This document shows positions 22,554 to 32,814 of a stretch of 43,738 nucleotides of DNA, piece by piece. The translations under genes and the position numbers were made by a program. This DNA is from Trichomonas gallinae. Taxonomy: Eukaryota. Within the stretch, counting starts at the first letter, position 1. Each line of letters opens with the position of its first letter. The DNA lies in contig MRSU01010728.1 in assembly GCA_008369845.1 (NCBI GenBank), forward strand, positions 1 to 43,738, given 5' to 3'. The notes beneath the pieces are model-generated. The model worked only from the letters and a program-made list of their open reading frames with translations, was not told the origin of the DNA and did no database searches.

Positions 22554-22637
22554 TTATATTCCTTATTATTTTGTTATTTTATCATTTAAAATTTCATTTT
22601 TTATGAATTATTAGAAACAAATCAATAGTAATATTCC

Positions 22638-22960
22638 TTAATAGCAAAATAATGCAATGAATCTTTTCGTTATTCTCAGATTGTGATGAATAATATCCAT
22701 GTTTATATCAACCCAATGTTCAATGAGATATTGAGCAATTTCAAATGATTTAATATCAATGACAGTTAGAATGGTTTTATGAAATAAAGATGAGTTCTTT
22801 GTGATGTATATGAAAGTCATTTAGTATTTATGAATGAAGTTTCATGAAAAATGACAACATATGCATTGATATCAGATCCATACTCAACAAGATATTTGAC
22901 CATTTCAAATGATTTCTCCTTAACTGCAACCATTACAAAACAAAGATATGCTGATAAATT
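22638..22960 (-). pseudogene. Ankyrin-repeat gene remnant
   Basis: The minus strand reads AVKEKSFEMVKYLVEYGSDINAY (~22861-22930) and KSFEIAQYLIEHWVDINM, with no continuous ORF joining them. Confidence 0.7.
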
Positions 22961-23026
22961 ATTACATTATAATATGTTTACTGACAAATTATAATGTTAT
23001 GGAATGTAATTTCAAAATTTGACAAA

Positions 23027-23034
23027 AAAGTGAC
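23027..23034 (+). promoter_or_regulatory. AAAGTGAC (trichomonad M2-like) core promoter motif
   Basis: Exact match 11 nt before ATG 23046. The same 8-mer occurs in either orientation near many gene starts in the window. Confidence 0.6.
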
Positions 23035-23045
23035 TAATATAGAGA

Positions 23046-24281
23046 ATGGATAGTTTGAGGAGGGGAAAAAGGAAACCTAATGGATGGTTTAACGAAGAAT
23101 ATTTGGGGCCTAGTGGCTCAGATTCTGATGATAAAGATGATTCAGACGAATACGTGCCAAAACAGAATCCACCAAATCCTAATTCACGCAAAAGACACTA
23201 TTCTGATGATGACGATGATGATGACTACTATTATGAAGATTATACTAAAGAAAAGAAGTCATATCGTGAAAGAGTTGCTGGTCCGATTCGAAAAACTTTA
23301 AGAACTGAAATTATCAGCTCAAGACAATGCTTAGCAAATAGAATATCATCTGATAGCCCAGAGGTAAACATTGGACCTGATGGTAATCCTTGCAGATTTA
23401 TTCCATTTTCTGAATTACAACCAAATCTCTTAAATATCGATAAAATTCTAAAAGAAGGCGAAACAGGTATTAATACTATGCTACCAGCTTATGATCCTGT
23501 CGCTCGTAACAAACTTCAATTTTTTCAACTCGACGATTCACCGACTATTTTCAAATTTTCTGAACTAGAAAGGATGTCCCTAGATGATTTAAAGTACGCA
23601 TTAGAGATAGTTGAAGAAGATATTGCATCAATTCCACATTTTCCTGAATACGCAAAAGATTTTGTCATTGTTCCACCATACAGCGAGCATATTAAGATGG
23701 CGGCTCCTATTCAAGCAGATATTCGCAATTTTGATTGGGAAGCTTTTGGAAAAATATGTCAATTCGATGTAATTGTTATGGATCCACCGTGGAACATTCA
23801 ACCTGCTCAGACTACTCGTGGTGTTGATCTTGGATATGAGCTTTTATCTGAGAGTGAAATCGCAGCCATGAAAATTCCGCTTATTCAGTCAAATGGTTAT
23901 TGTTTTATGTGGGTTGTTGCTTCTTTTCTGCCTGTTGGTGTTTCTATGCTTCAAGGTTGGGGATATCAAGTAATTGATTTTGTAAATTGGATCAAAACAT
24001 CTAAATATGGAAGATACAGGCCATCAAACGGTTACTTCCTTCAGCATGATAAAGAAACTTGTTTAGTTGGAGTCAAAGGTCATCCAATCGATGGAGAAGA
24101 TATTGATGTTTTTACAGACTTGATTATCGACGAAAGAGGTGCTAGACAGAGTCATAAGCCACCAACTTTATATGATATTATAGAAAGAATGTTCCCAGGA
24201 AGAACTTATTTAGAAATCTTTGCAAGAGCTCATAATGAAAGAGAAGGATGGGTTTCTCTTGGCTTAGAAGTTGCTCAATAA
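23046..24281 (+). CDS. AMT1: MT-A70 family N6-adenine methyltransferase, AMT1/MTA1-like (likely DNA 6mA writer)
   Basis: FDVIVMDPPW, TRGVDLGY, GYFLQHDKETCLVGVKG, RQSHKP, YLEIFAR. The RGV and GYFLQH segments fit ciliate MTA1/AMT1 better than METTL3. Confidence 0.8.
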   Translation: MDSLRRGKRKPNGWFNEEYLGPSGSDSDDKDDSDEYVPKQNPPNPNSRKRHYSDDDDDDDYYYEDYTKEKKSYRERVAGPIRKTLRTEIISSRQCLANRISSDSPEVNIGPDGNPCRFIPFSELQPNLLNIDKILKEGETGINTMLPAYDPVARNKLQFFQLDDSPTIFKFSELERMSLDDLKYALEIVEEDIASIPHFPEYAKDFVIVPPYSEHIKMAAPIQADIRNFDWEAFGKICQFDVIVMDPPWNIQPAQTTRGVDLGYELLSESEIAAMKIPLIQSNGYCFMWVVASFLPVGVSMLQGWGYQVIDFVNWIKTSKYGRYRPSNGYFLQHDKETCLVGVKGHPIDGEDIDVFTDLIIDERGARQSHKPPTLYDIIERMFPGRTYLEIFARAHNEREGWVSLGLEVAQ

Positions 24282-24570
24282 TTGATATATGTGTTTATAT
24301 ATTATATATGTGTAAATAGATTTTTCAAAATGAATTTATTTATAATTTACCTTTAGTTTATTAAATAATATGATTGTACATATCAGAGAATAGACATCAA
24401 AAATATCATTACACTTTATCATTAAATAATAAAATAATCAATGTTATTTTGATAGAATTATAATAAAATAAAGAATGTCTAATAAATATTTTAATAAAAA
24501 TAGAAATCGCAATATTAATTCTAAGTGATGCAATCATATTGCAATGAAATTTGATGAAAAATTATATCAT

Positions 24571-24892
24571 TGATTAAATAACTATATAATACATAAAGAA
24601 AATTAACTGGCCATTAACTTGATGATATATTATCTAATGATATATTTAATCATCTTTGCTGAATTAGGAATTCATAAGAGAAAAATTCGATCAAGGGAGT
24701 TTGTATATGTATCCTCCATTTAGCATAAGTACTTATATCTATAGTTTGGATCGATTTGATCAACAATTTGTGTATTGATAAATTACGGAATTAATATGAT
24801 TAATTGACGATTATATAATAGAGAAATCATATTAAATGGCCGTTAATTTGATGATATTTTGTGTAATGATAGTCTTAATCATGTTTGCTGAA
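24571..24892. repeat. Imperfect ~95-nt direct repeat, two copies
   Basis: 24571-24663 and 24797-24892 share tggcc.ttaa.ttgatgatat...taatgat...taatcat.tttgctgaa. Confidence 0.7.
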
Positions 24893-24991
24893 GCAGTTAA
24901 ATAATTTTGACATTTGTCAAAATAATGTCACTTTTGGATTGATAAGGTTAAAAATCCCTTTTATATTTTTTCACACCCCTGTTAATTAGAA

Positions 24992-27892
24992 ATGCAGGAA
25001 ACTGATAAACTCCGCAGTTTCCAAGACTTTTTCATTAGTAACACATCCGTTACTGTTGGTGACCTTGCGAAAAACATCATAATCGAAAGGAAAAAACTCA
25101 ACCAATTCCTTTTAAATAATATTATTTTCAAGAATATCACAGCAGAAGTGCTCACTTTATACTCATTAGTGCAAAGACTGATGGAGCAATACGCAGATAA
25201 GCAGTGTGATTCCGAAATTTCGAAAGTTATGAGATCTTTGCCAAAAGATCTTCAAGAAATGGCCGAGGCAATCAGTATTGGACAAGAAACATTGGTTTCT
25301 GAAGACATAAGGAATACAACAGTTCTTGCAGTTTACACAAAACTCTACAAAGCATACTACGATTTAGTTCATCTTTATTATCTTCTCGATAACACATTTG
25401 TTCCAGATATTCCTAAGTTCTTCCTCGAAACGATAAACGACTACGCAGCTGTTAGGAAGCAAATTAACAAAGAAGAAAATCCTGCCACATACGCCGAAAT
25501 CGAAGAATTCGTAAAGAAATTCAAGAAATCATTTGATATCAAGAAGTGCATTCCTACTAAGATCGAAAAAATCACACGCGACAAGCTGATTTTGAATGTT
25601 AGAGCATTAAACTCAGATGTTGTTTATTCGCTCGAAATATTTCCACCAGGATTCTCTGAGGCACACTTTACACATAAAAACGGTATAATATCGCATTTAG
25701 AGCATCCTTCTATTGTTAAACACAAAAGCGCAATTTTTTACCCACCTTATGCGATTTTGACTGAATCAACTGACTATCCAACACTGTCACAAGTAATACA
25801 CGCGGAAAATCAAACACTTACTCCTGATGAATTAACAATTATTATTTTTGAAATTGCAAGAGCTTTACAATATTTGCATTCACACAGATTCGTACACTGC
25901 CACTTTACTTCTGATTGCGTGTTAATTAAGCCAAATCGCTTACCTTTAATTACAGGACTTGATTATGCGCAAAGATTGTCAACTAAGATGTCCATTGTGC
26001 TTCCATTCTGTGTTTATTCAGCTCCAGAGACAATCTATGAGCCAATCTCGTTCAACGAAAAAATTGATATTTATTCTTTTACAATTATATTCTATGAGAT
26101 TCTAACACAAAAAGTCCCATTCGATGATATCCAGCAGCTTGATTTAAGGCAGCTTGTCATGTTCCAAGATCGTCGTCCACTTATTCCATCAAAATGTCCA
26201 TTGGCTTCTTTCCTTTACAGAGGCTGGTCAAGATATCCCGGCTACAGACCATCATTCAACGAGATCGTCAGCTCAATGGAAGGTGATGAGCTTTTGCTTC
26301 CAAATTGCAATGTTGATGCATTCAATACTCACGTAAATACAACAGCTGACATCAACGAGTCTGCTCTCAAAGGTCTTTTATCAATTACTCCACATTCTAT
26401 ACAGCAAATGGCTCGTCAAGAAATCGATGAATACAGTTTGGAAATCATTGTTAATGTTTTATTGGAATCAGAAGACAAAGAACTCATTGATGCAGCCATG
26501 GATGTCTATAACAACAAGATTCTTCAATGTGAGTCATTCACGGTTTCAGAATTAGTTACTTTAGTTCGTTTAGCCCCAAAAATCGACAGCATTGAGAATC
26601 TGATTTTCACTCACGTCAACACAATGGAAGACAAGGAAGCATTCATCAAGATGCTTTGTGAAATGATGCCCACAGAGCTCTCAATTCCTTTCTACATGAA
26701 GCACTTGTTGACGACAGAGAAAGCCGCCGAATATTTGCTCTCTTTCTGCGCCAATAAGACAGATGATATCACCATGCAAGTCGCTGATGCCGTCGCCAGC
26801 AAATTCCCTGAGAGCGATTTATTGTATAAGACAGCAATGACAAACAATAACTACTACAAGAGAGTCTTCAAGATGATCATTGATTCGCCCGCAAAACTCC
26901 TCAAAAACTACTACAAGTATTTCACAGATTTCTTCAACGCGACACCGAACTCATTCGCTGCAGTCATGTCGAGAGTTTTCATCAACCTTGGCGCAAACGA
27001 TGTAGGAAATCTCGATGAAAACGGTGTAGTTTCGAACAAACTCGTCAAAATCGGTTATACGTCAACTATTTTAGATTTGATGAGTGATTCAGAAGAATAC
27101 ACAAAGGTTGTTCTTAATTATGTTCTCCCTGAAACAGCTGGCAAGAAATCATTGGAGTGCTTAAGAATGATCGTTGAAGTGGATAGATACGAAAACCTTC
27201 GCTCAGTTCTTTACAATCAAATCGACGTAATGAGCTGTGTTAAGCATTGTTTGCAGGAGAACCAATACGAATACACAGGTGCTGTTTTCGTTGGCTTGCA
27301 TGTACCTGTCGGAAAACTTGTCGAAAGGATGGATATAGCTTCATACGTATTAGAATTGTTTGCTGTTGTTGAAGATATGTTCGCCGTTTCAAGCTTGTTG
27401 AGTCTTTTGGTTCCTTACGCTAAAATTGGTTTCGAGAACTACCAAATTATTCCTGAGATCGTCATGAAACTCCTCAAATCTAAAGAAACAGTCATTGCTT
27501 CAAGAGCTTTAATTTTGGCGACTGTTTTAGGCCAATCATCAAGATTCGCAAAAATTATAACAACACCCGAAACAGTTGAAGCAGTAATGAGATTCATTTC
27601 ATGCGGAGAACAATCATTCGAATATGTAGCAATAAGAATGCTCGGCCAACTTGCTCCGTATATCAATGATCACACTGATATACATGATTTGATCAACAGG
27701 TTATCATTGAAATGCAGGAACGAAAGAATGACTGAAGCTGTTATGTTCATTTTCGCACAAATACAGCCGAAGTTAAGAGCAAACGCTGAGACTGTGTTTG
27801 CACAGATCGCTCAGTCATACAAAGATTCAGCAAATATCATGCAACTTTTGAAGATTATTCATGATGGAACAACTATTGATGAGGTTTCTTAA
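24992..27892 (+). CDS. TKL-like pseudokinase with an N-terminal helical domain and C-terminal ARM/HEAT-like repeats
   Basis: IARALQYLHS, YSAPE, KIDIYSF, W...P..RPSF are present. HRD is replaced by HCH and DFG by GLD, and no Gly-rich loop is visible. Confidence 0.8.
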   Translation: MQETDKLRSFQDFFISNTSVTVGDLAKNIIIERKKLNQFLLNNIIFKNITAEVLTLYSLVQRLMEQYADKQCDSEISKVMRSLPKDLQEMAEAISIGQETLVSEDIRNTTVLAVYTKLYKAYYDLVHLYYLLDNTFVPDIPKFFLETINDYAAVRKQINKEENPATYAEIEEFVKKFKKSFDIKKCIPTKIEKITRDKLILNVRALNSDVVYSLEIFPPGFSEAHFTHKNGIISHLEHPSIVKHKSAIFYPPYAILTESTDYPTLSQVIHAENQTLTPDELTIIIFEIARALQYLHSHRFVHCHFTSDCVLIKPNRLPLITGLDYAQRLSTKMSIVLPFCVYSAPETIYEPISFNEKIDIYSFTIIFYEILTQKVPFDDIQQLDLRQLVMFQDRRPLIPSKCPLASFLYRGWSRYPGYRPSFNEIVSSMEGDELLLPNCNVDAFNTHVNTTADINESALKGLLSITPHSIQQMARQEIDEYSLEIIVNVLLESEDKELIDAAMDVYNNKILQCESFTVSELVTLVRLAPKIDSIENLIFTHVNTMEDKEAFIKMLCEMMPTELSIPFYMKHLLTTEKAAEYLLSFCANKTDDITMQVADAVASKFPESDLLYKTAMTNNNYYKRVFKMIIDSPAKLLKNYYKYFTDFFNATPNSFAAVMSRVFINLGANDVGNLDENGVVSNKLVKIGYTSTILDLMSDSEEYTKVVLNYVLPETAGKKSLECLRMIVEVDRYENLRSVLYNQIDVMSCVKHCLQENQYEYTGAVFVGLHVPVGKLVERMDIASYVLELFAVVEDMFAVSSLLSLLVPYAKIGFENYQIIPEIVMKLLKSKETVIASRALILATVLGQSSRFAKIITTPETVEAVMRFISCGEQSFEYVAIRMLGQLAPYINDHTDIHDLINRLSLKCRNERMTEAVMFIFAQIQPKLRANAETVFAQIAQSYKDSANIMQLLKIIHDGTTIDEVS

Positions 27893-29532
27893 TTTTTTTA
27901 TAACTAAACATTTTTCATACTTGCGAGTTATTATAGATTATTTGTTTTTTACTTCATCATTTATTTGGAATAAGTATAAAGCTGAATTTTTCAATTTTTT
28001 CGAGGTGATTAATAATTTTTTATAAAACTCGAGAATTTTCTATATTTGATCGAAAAAATAGAATGCATAGATAAAATTAAATAAATACTATTATTTGAAA
28101 AATCAAAAAATCAATAATTGAACAATTTATAACAAAAGTTAATAAATTTTTATAGATTTCAAAATTGTGATTTTCATAAATTGTTTTGATACTGCTGTGG
28201 AATAACTATACTAGTGATAAGCTTCATTTTCTTCGAGTTTTTGCGTAAAGTTACGATTTATTCAACAATTTGAACAAATGAAGTATTAATTATTTTGGAC
28301 TAAGATGTACATGAATCCACATATGCTTCAAAATAAGAACGAATGTACAGTTATTTTTAGGAAAACAAGATAAATACTTAATTTTGAAGTTTATTGAAAG
28401 AAATATCTTAACCTATTGATATATTTGCAGTTATTATGACAATTTAATATGAAATATTTAAGCCAAACCAGAATTTTATGAAAAAATGCGCAAATTTTAA
28501 CTGATATCTAACAAAAACATGGATAATTTTACACTTTAGTATCTTGTATCAGGTTTGTATCTCAATATGATTATAGAGTTATGCCAATTTTTTTCTAAAA
28601 TCATTTTTTTTATGAATTGAAAAATACGATATTTTAAAAAACAACCGATTCATGATAATATGATTCCAAAGTATAAATTAAATCTGACATATAGTTTCGT
28701 TGTTCGATTTGTAAACTATTTCTTTTACGCAGTTCTCAATTCTTCAGTTAAATTCAATTCATGTCATTTCTGAAAAGAAAAACATGATTAGATATGTATA
28801 ACAATGCGGAATTTCGAATAAAATTAAATGATGAAATTGAATGTTTATTTTCTACATCGCTGAATCCATCAGATAATCCAATATTAAAAACTATTGCTGT
28901 AAAGACACAGAAAAAATCACATTCACAAAAATATAAATCTCTCACAAAATTTAAATGGATCGTAAAAAAGCTGATAACAAGATTTTAACATCCTGCTAAC
29001 GCCTCTTAAATTGGTGTGTTTTAAATGTAAAACTATCTTGACAACTTAACAATTTTTGAAGCCTTTTTCAATCGAAAAATTTTATCACGAAATTTTCCGA
29101 TTAAACACCCAATTTAGTCTATTGGTAGTATACAATAGGATTATTGCGAAGAAATTCAAATTCTCAAATTCTCAAAGAATTTTTTCCTTCATCCGTTTTG
29201 AAATCATGATTTAGATAAATGTATTGAGCACATTAACAAAGATTATTGAATTAAGTAGCAACATTCAATTTAATAATCAGTTTTATTTAGTTTAAACGAT
29301 ACTACTCTCGTATCTGATTAAAAAGGAAATTGTTTGACCACAGTTCTAATTCACATTTTTTCTGTATTTGTCAAAATATTTTCAATGCATTTAATTCTAT
29401 AATTTCTGAACGTGCAACTTCTTCACAATGATATTACGTTTACTAACTTTGTAATATAATTATCTATGCAACAGAATTCAATGAATCTCAGTTGAGTGTT
29501 GTAAAATTCGATAAATAAACTCATTTTTTAAA

Positions 29533-29916
29533 ATGTTTTCACTGGAAAACTTGCTCGCAAGACCTGTATCGTTCAAGAAGCCTGAATTATGCTATAAGCA
29601 ACCAGCTTTGCCTGAACCACATAAGCAAGCAAAGCATATAATCAGAAAACCAAATTGCATTACCAATGAGCTTTTGCGTGTGAATCAATTGGTACAAGGA
29701 TTTAATGCAAACAAGAGTAATGCATGGATATATTTGAAGTCAAACTATGGAGATAAGATCACACACAATGAACTGATTCACATTGCAAAAATAGTTAGCG
29801 TGTACACTGGAATCAGGATTAGCCGCGATGCAAAAAGAAGAAAAGTAGTTCTCCTGAAATGGTTTGATGAGAACTGGCATGCAATTAAACCAGTTTTAGC
29901 TATGGTAAGCCTTTGA
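29533..29916 (+). CDS. Small basic protein of an uncharacterised trichomonad-type family (putative DNA binder)
   Basis: Inr TCATTT 12 nt before the ATG. Motif ELIHIAKIVS...SRDAKRRKVVLLKWFDENW..IKP.L. Confidence 0.7.
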   Translation: MFSLENLLARPVSFKKPELCYKQPALPEPHKQAKHIIRKPNCITNELLRVNQLVQGFNANKSNAWIYLKSNYGDKITHNELIHIAKIVSVYTGIRISRDAKRRKVVLLKWFDENWHAIKPVLAMVSL

Positions 29917-30291
29917 GCGCAATCAACTTGGCTTTCTATAGTTAACATTTGTCAGATTATACTTCACACGCTAATAATTGTTTTTATTTCGTTAATATTG
30001 TTATTTTGTTGTAAACTTCATATATTGCTAATTATTCGTCTTTTTAATATGTCATTTTAAATATAATAAATTTGAAATGCATATATTTTAAATGAGAAAC
30101 ATCAATAAAGCAAATTTCAAAATATGAAAATATATCTTTTATGACAAAATGCAATTTGATATCGGCAAAATTCTTATAAGGAAAGAAATGTATTTTATAA
30201 GATAATACTTCAAACAATTTTTTATTTACAAACAAAATTTGGATACAATAAAGATATGCATCCCAAATAGCTATAATAGTGTTACAATAGC

Positions 30292-31179
30292 TTAAACACA
30301 TTCTTCCGTTCGAATGATCTCGCTTTTTCCTTGCTTGATTTTATGAAGATTAGCATTGACTGGAAGTGAGTTCGATAGAGTGAAGTTATACCAAGATCCA
30401 GCTGGTTTGGAGAGTTTGGGTTTGGAAATAAGTAAATATTTGACTTTTTCTAAAGTGTATCTTTGTTGCGGATCTTCTTCGAGTGTTCCAGAAATAATAT
30501 CAGCTAATGTCCTATCTACGAACATAGGAATGATGTACTTGTAAGAATTCTTCTGTTTCAAGAAGGGATTAACTCCACAACACATAAAATATATTGTGAC
30601 GCCCAATGACCATATATCAGCGGAAAATGGGTCATAATTATGGCAAAGCCTCTGTTCAGGCGATAAATAACCATAACTGCCAACATGATAATTTGATGAA
30701 TTATTATCATATGAACATGATAAGCCGAAGTCAGCAATTTTAATTCTTCCATATCTATCTATTAATATATTTGATGGCTTTAGGTCATGATGCGCAATGT
30801 AATTAGAATGGATATAAATTAATCCATTGACAATCTGCTTAATGTAACCAATTAATTTGTCTTGAGGAGGTCTAGCTTTGTTTTTGATCATTGATTCTAT
30901 TGTTCCACCCTCACAATATTCCAAAATTAGAAAGTATTTTCCTGAATCTTCGAAATGATTGTATAAACGAACTATATTTGGATGATCTAATAAGGATAGA
31001 GCATAAACTTCCCTCTCGTAGTTAGATTGCTTTGAGACAATCTTACATACGAAATTTTGTTGGTAAACTCCATTGTAAACTAGGTAACAGGATGGGAAAC
31101 ATTTGTTGCCAAGACCATTAACAATATCAAAACCATGCTTAGAAAGTATAGATTCAAGGGAGGAGTCTTCTTTGATCAT
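30292..31179 (-). CDS. Ser/Thr protein kinase, CAMK-like group
   Basis: FVCK, HPNIVRLY, LEYCEGG, HHDLKPSN, DFG, SPE, ADIWSLGV. Confidence 0.9.
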   Translation of the reverse strand: MIKEDSSLESILSKHGFDIVNGLGNKCFPSCYLVYNGVYQQNFVCKIVSKQSNYEREVYALSLLDHPNIVRLYNHFEDSGKYFLILEYCEGGTIESMIKNKARPPQDKLIGYIKQIVNGLIYIHSNYIAHHDLKPSNILIDRYGRIKIADFGLSCSYDNNSSNYHVGSYGYLSPEQRLCHNYDPFSADIWSLGVTIYFMCCGVNPFLKQKNSYKYIIPMFVDRTLADIISGTLEEDPQQRYTLEKVKYLLISKPKLSKPAGSWYNFTLSNSLPVNANLHKIKQGKSEIIRTEECV

Positions 31180-32462
31180 TTGTTTGATAAATTTGTGTGA
31201 AATTTTTTTATTGCGAAAAATAGCTTTATAAATAGTTATAAATTACTTCGATTAAAGTAGTTTCTGATCTCACAATTTGTTTCAAATTAATTTGTGAAGT
31301 TTCGTAGAAATTGAAAAACCTATTTAATTTATTTGATAGAATTTATCAATAAAATATGTTTGATTCACAGCATATATCATCAGTGTTAAATTGTGTAAAC
31401 AAAGCGTAAAATTTGTTAGCAGATGAAAATTTTAAATATTACTATATAATAGAATATACATCAATATGATAAAATGTAAAAATTGAGGCATTTTTCAAAA
31501 CTGTACTTTTTTACGCCAATGGAAATAGAATTAATTTCTTGTATGGATTATAATGCTGCATAAAAATTTTGAGAAGAAAAATTGTTATTGATTGAAACAT
31601 GTGTGTTAAATGCTTTTAAACAAATAATATTTAATTACTTTGCTTTTTTCAAGTCATCACAATTGTTATTTCATATTTCCTTTTAACTCCCCAATTTTCT
31701 ATATATACTCTATAAACATTATAAAAACAAAGTCCTGTAACAATATCTGCGTAGAATAGCTATCGTTTTACTTTTGTTTATATCGGCAAAAGTGCCAAAC
31801 TTTGAATACTTCGCAAAAGTTTCAACAAACAAAAAACGAAAAAACGTGCTCTTGACTAGAATGATCTTCAATTTAGATAACATTAAGTGATTTTAAAATA
31901 TTGCTTGCATTTAATATTTGAGTCAATGCGAATTTTGTTTCTCAAAAAAATTACGATGAATCGAGAGTCAATTAATGCATATGATGTACTAAGCACAATT
32001 TATCAATTTGATCTATATGAAAAAGGAAATGTTCGGTTTTGTCATGTAAAATGTCAAAAATGTATCTATGTATATTACTAATTAATGGAGAATGTAATTC
32101 AATTAAAAGCAAACACAGTATCATTTATGAATCAATTACATTACTCGTATGCTATGGTTTTCTAACTTCAATTTTGGAAATTGTATTGTTTTTTATATCG
32201 ATGTGTTTTTATCCTCAAACTGATCAATAAAATGGCTCTAGATTTTATATATTAGAATACCTAAGTGGCTATATCTTTCTCTCTATTATTATATGTCCTG
32301 TACGGAATGCTGAACGAAAAGTGACATGTTTACATGTCAATTTTGACATGTAAAATATCCAAAAAGTGGCAGAATTAATACAGGGGTGGAGTCTCAATTT
32401 TTTAAAAGTGACATTCAATGAAGATTTCATCTTTTTTTAGAAACTGCTAAGAAGGAGTGCCA

Positions 32463-32514
32463 CTTGTCTTCAGCAGAGTATCATGATACATCAAGACACT
32501 CTGCTGAAGACAAG
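32463..32514. repeat. Near-perfect inverted repeat (hairpin)
   Basis: Arm cttgtcttcagcagagt (32463-32479) is the exact reverse complement of 32498-32514, and pairing continues inward with two mismatches. Confidence 0.9.
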
Positions 32515-32814
32515 CTGTGTCAATTTCTGTTGATCTCGCTTGAAATCTAAATTCATATAAGTATAGATCTATCATAGTGGCATCAATATTTAAATGAAAT
32601 ACGAATCTATTCAATAGCAACGATCAAATTCCGAAAAAATATATGACCGCTCATCCTTTCAAATATCAAAAATTCATAAATTTAACTCATTATAGGCAAT
32701 ATAATTTAATGTGGAAATTCATTTAAAATTTGCAAAATGTGACAAAAATTATGATCGAGAACGATTATTTTTCTCAGAAAATCATTCGGATTTTTTTCCA
32801 TTTTTAGAAAAATT

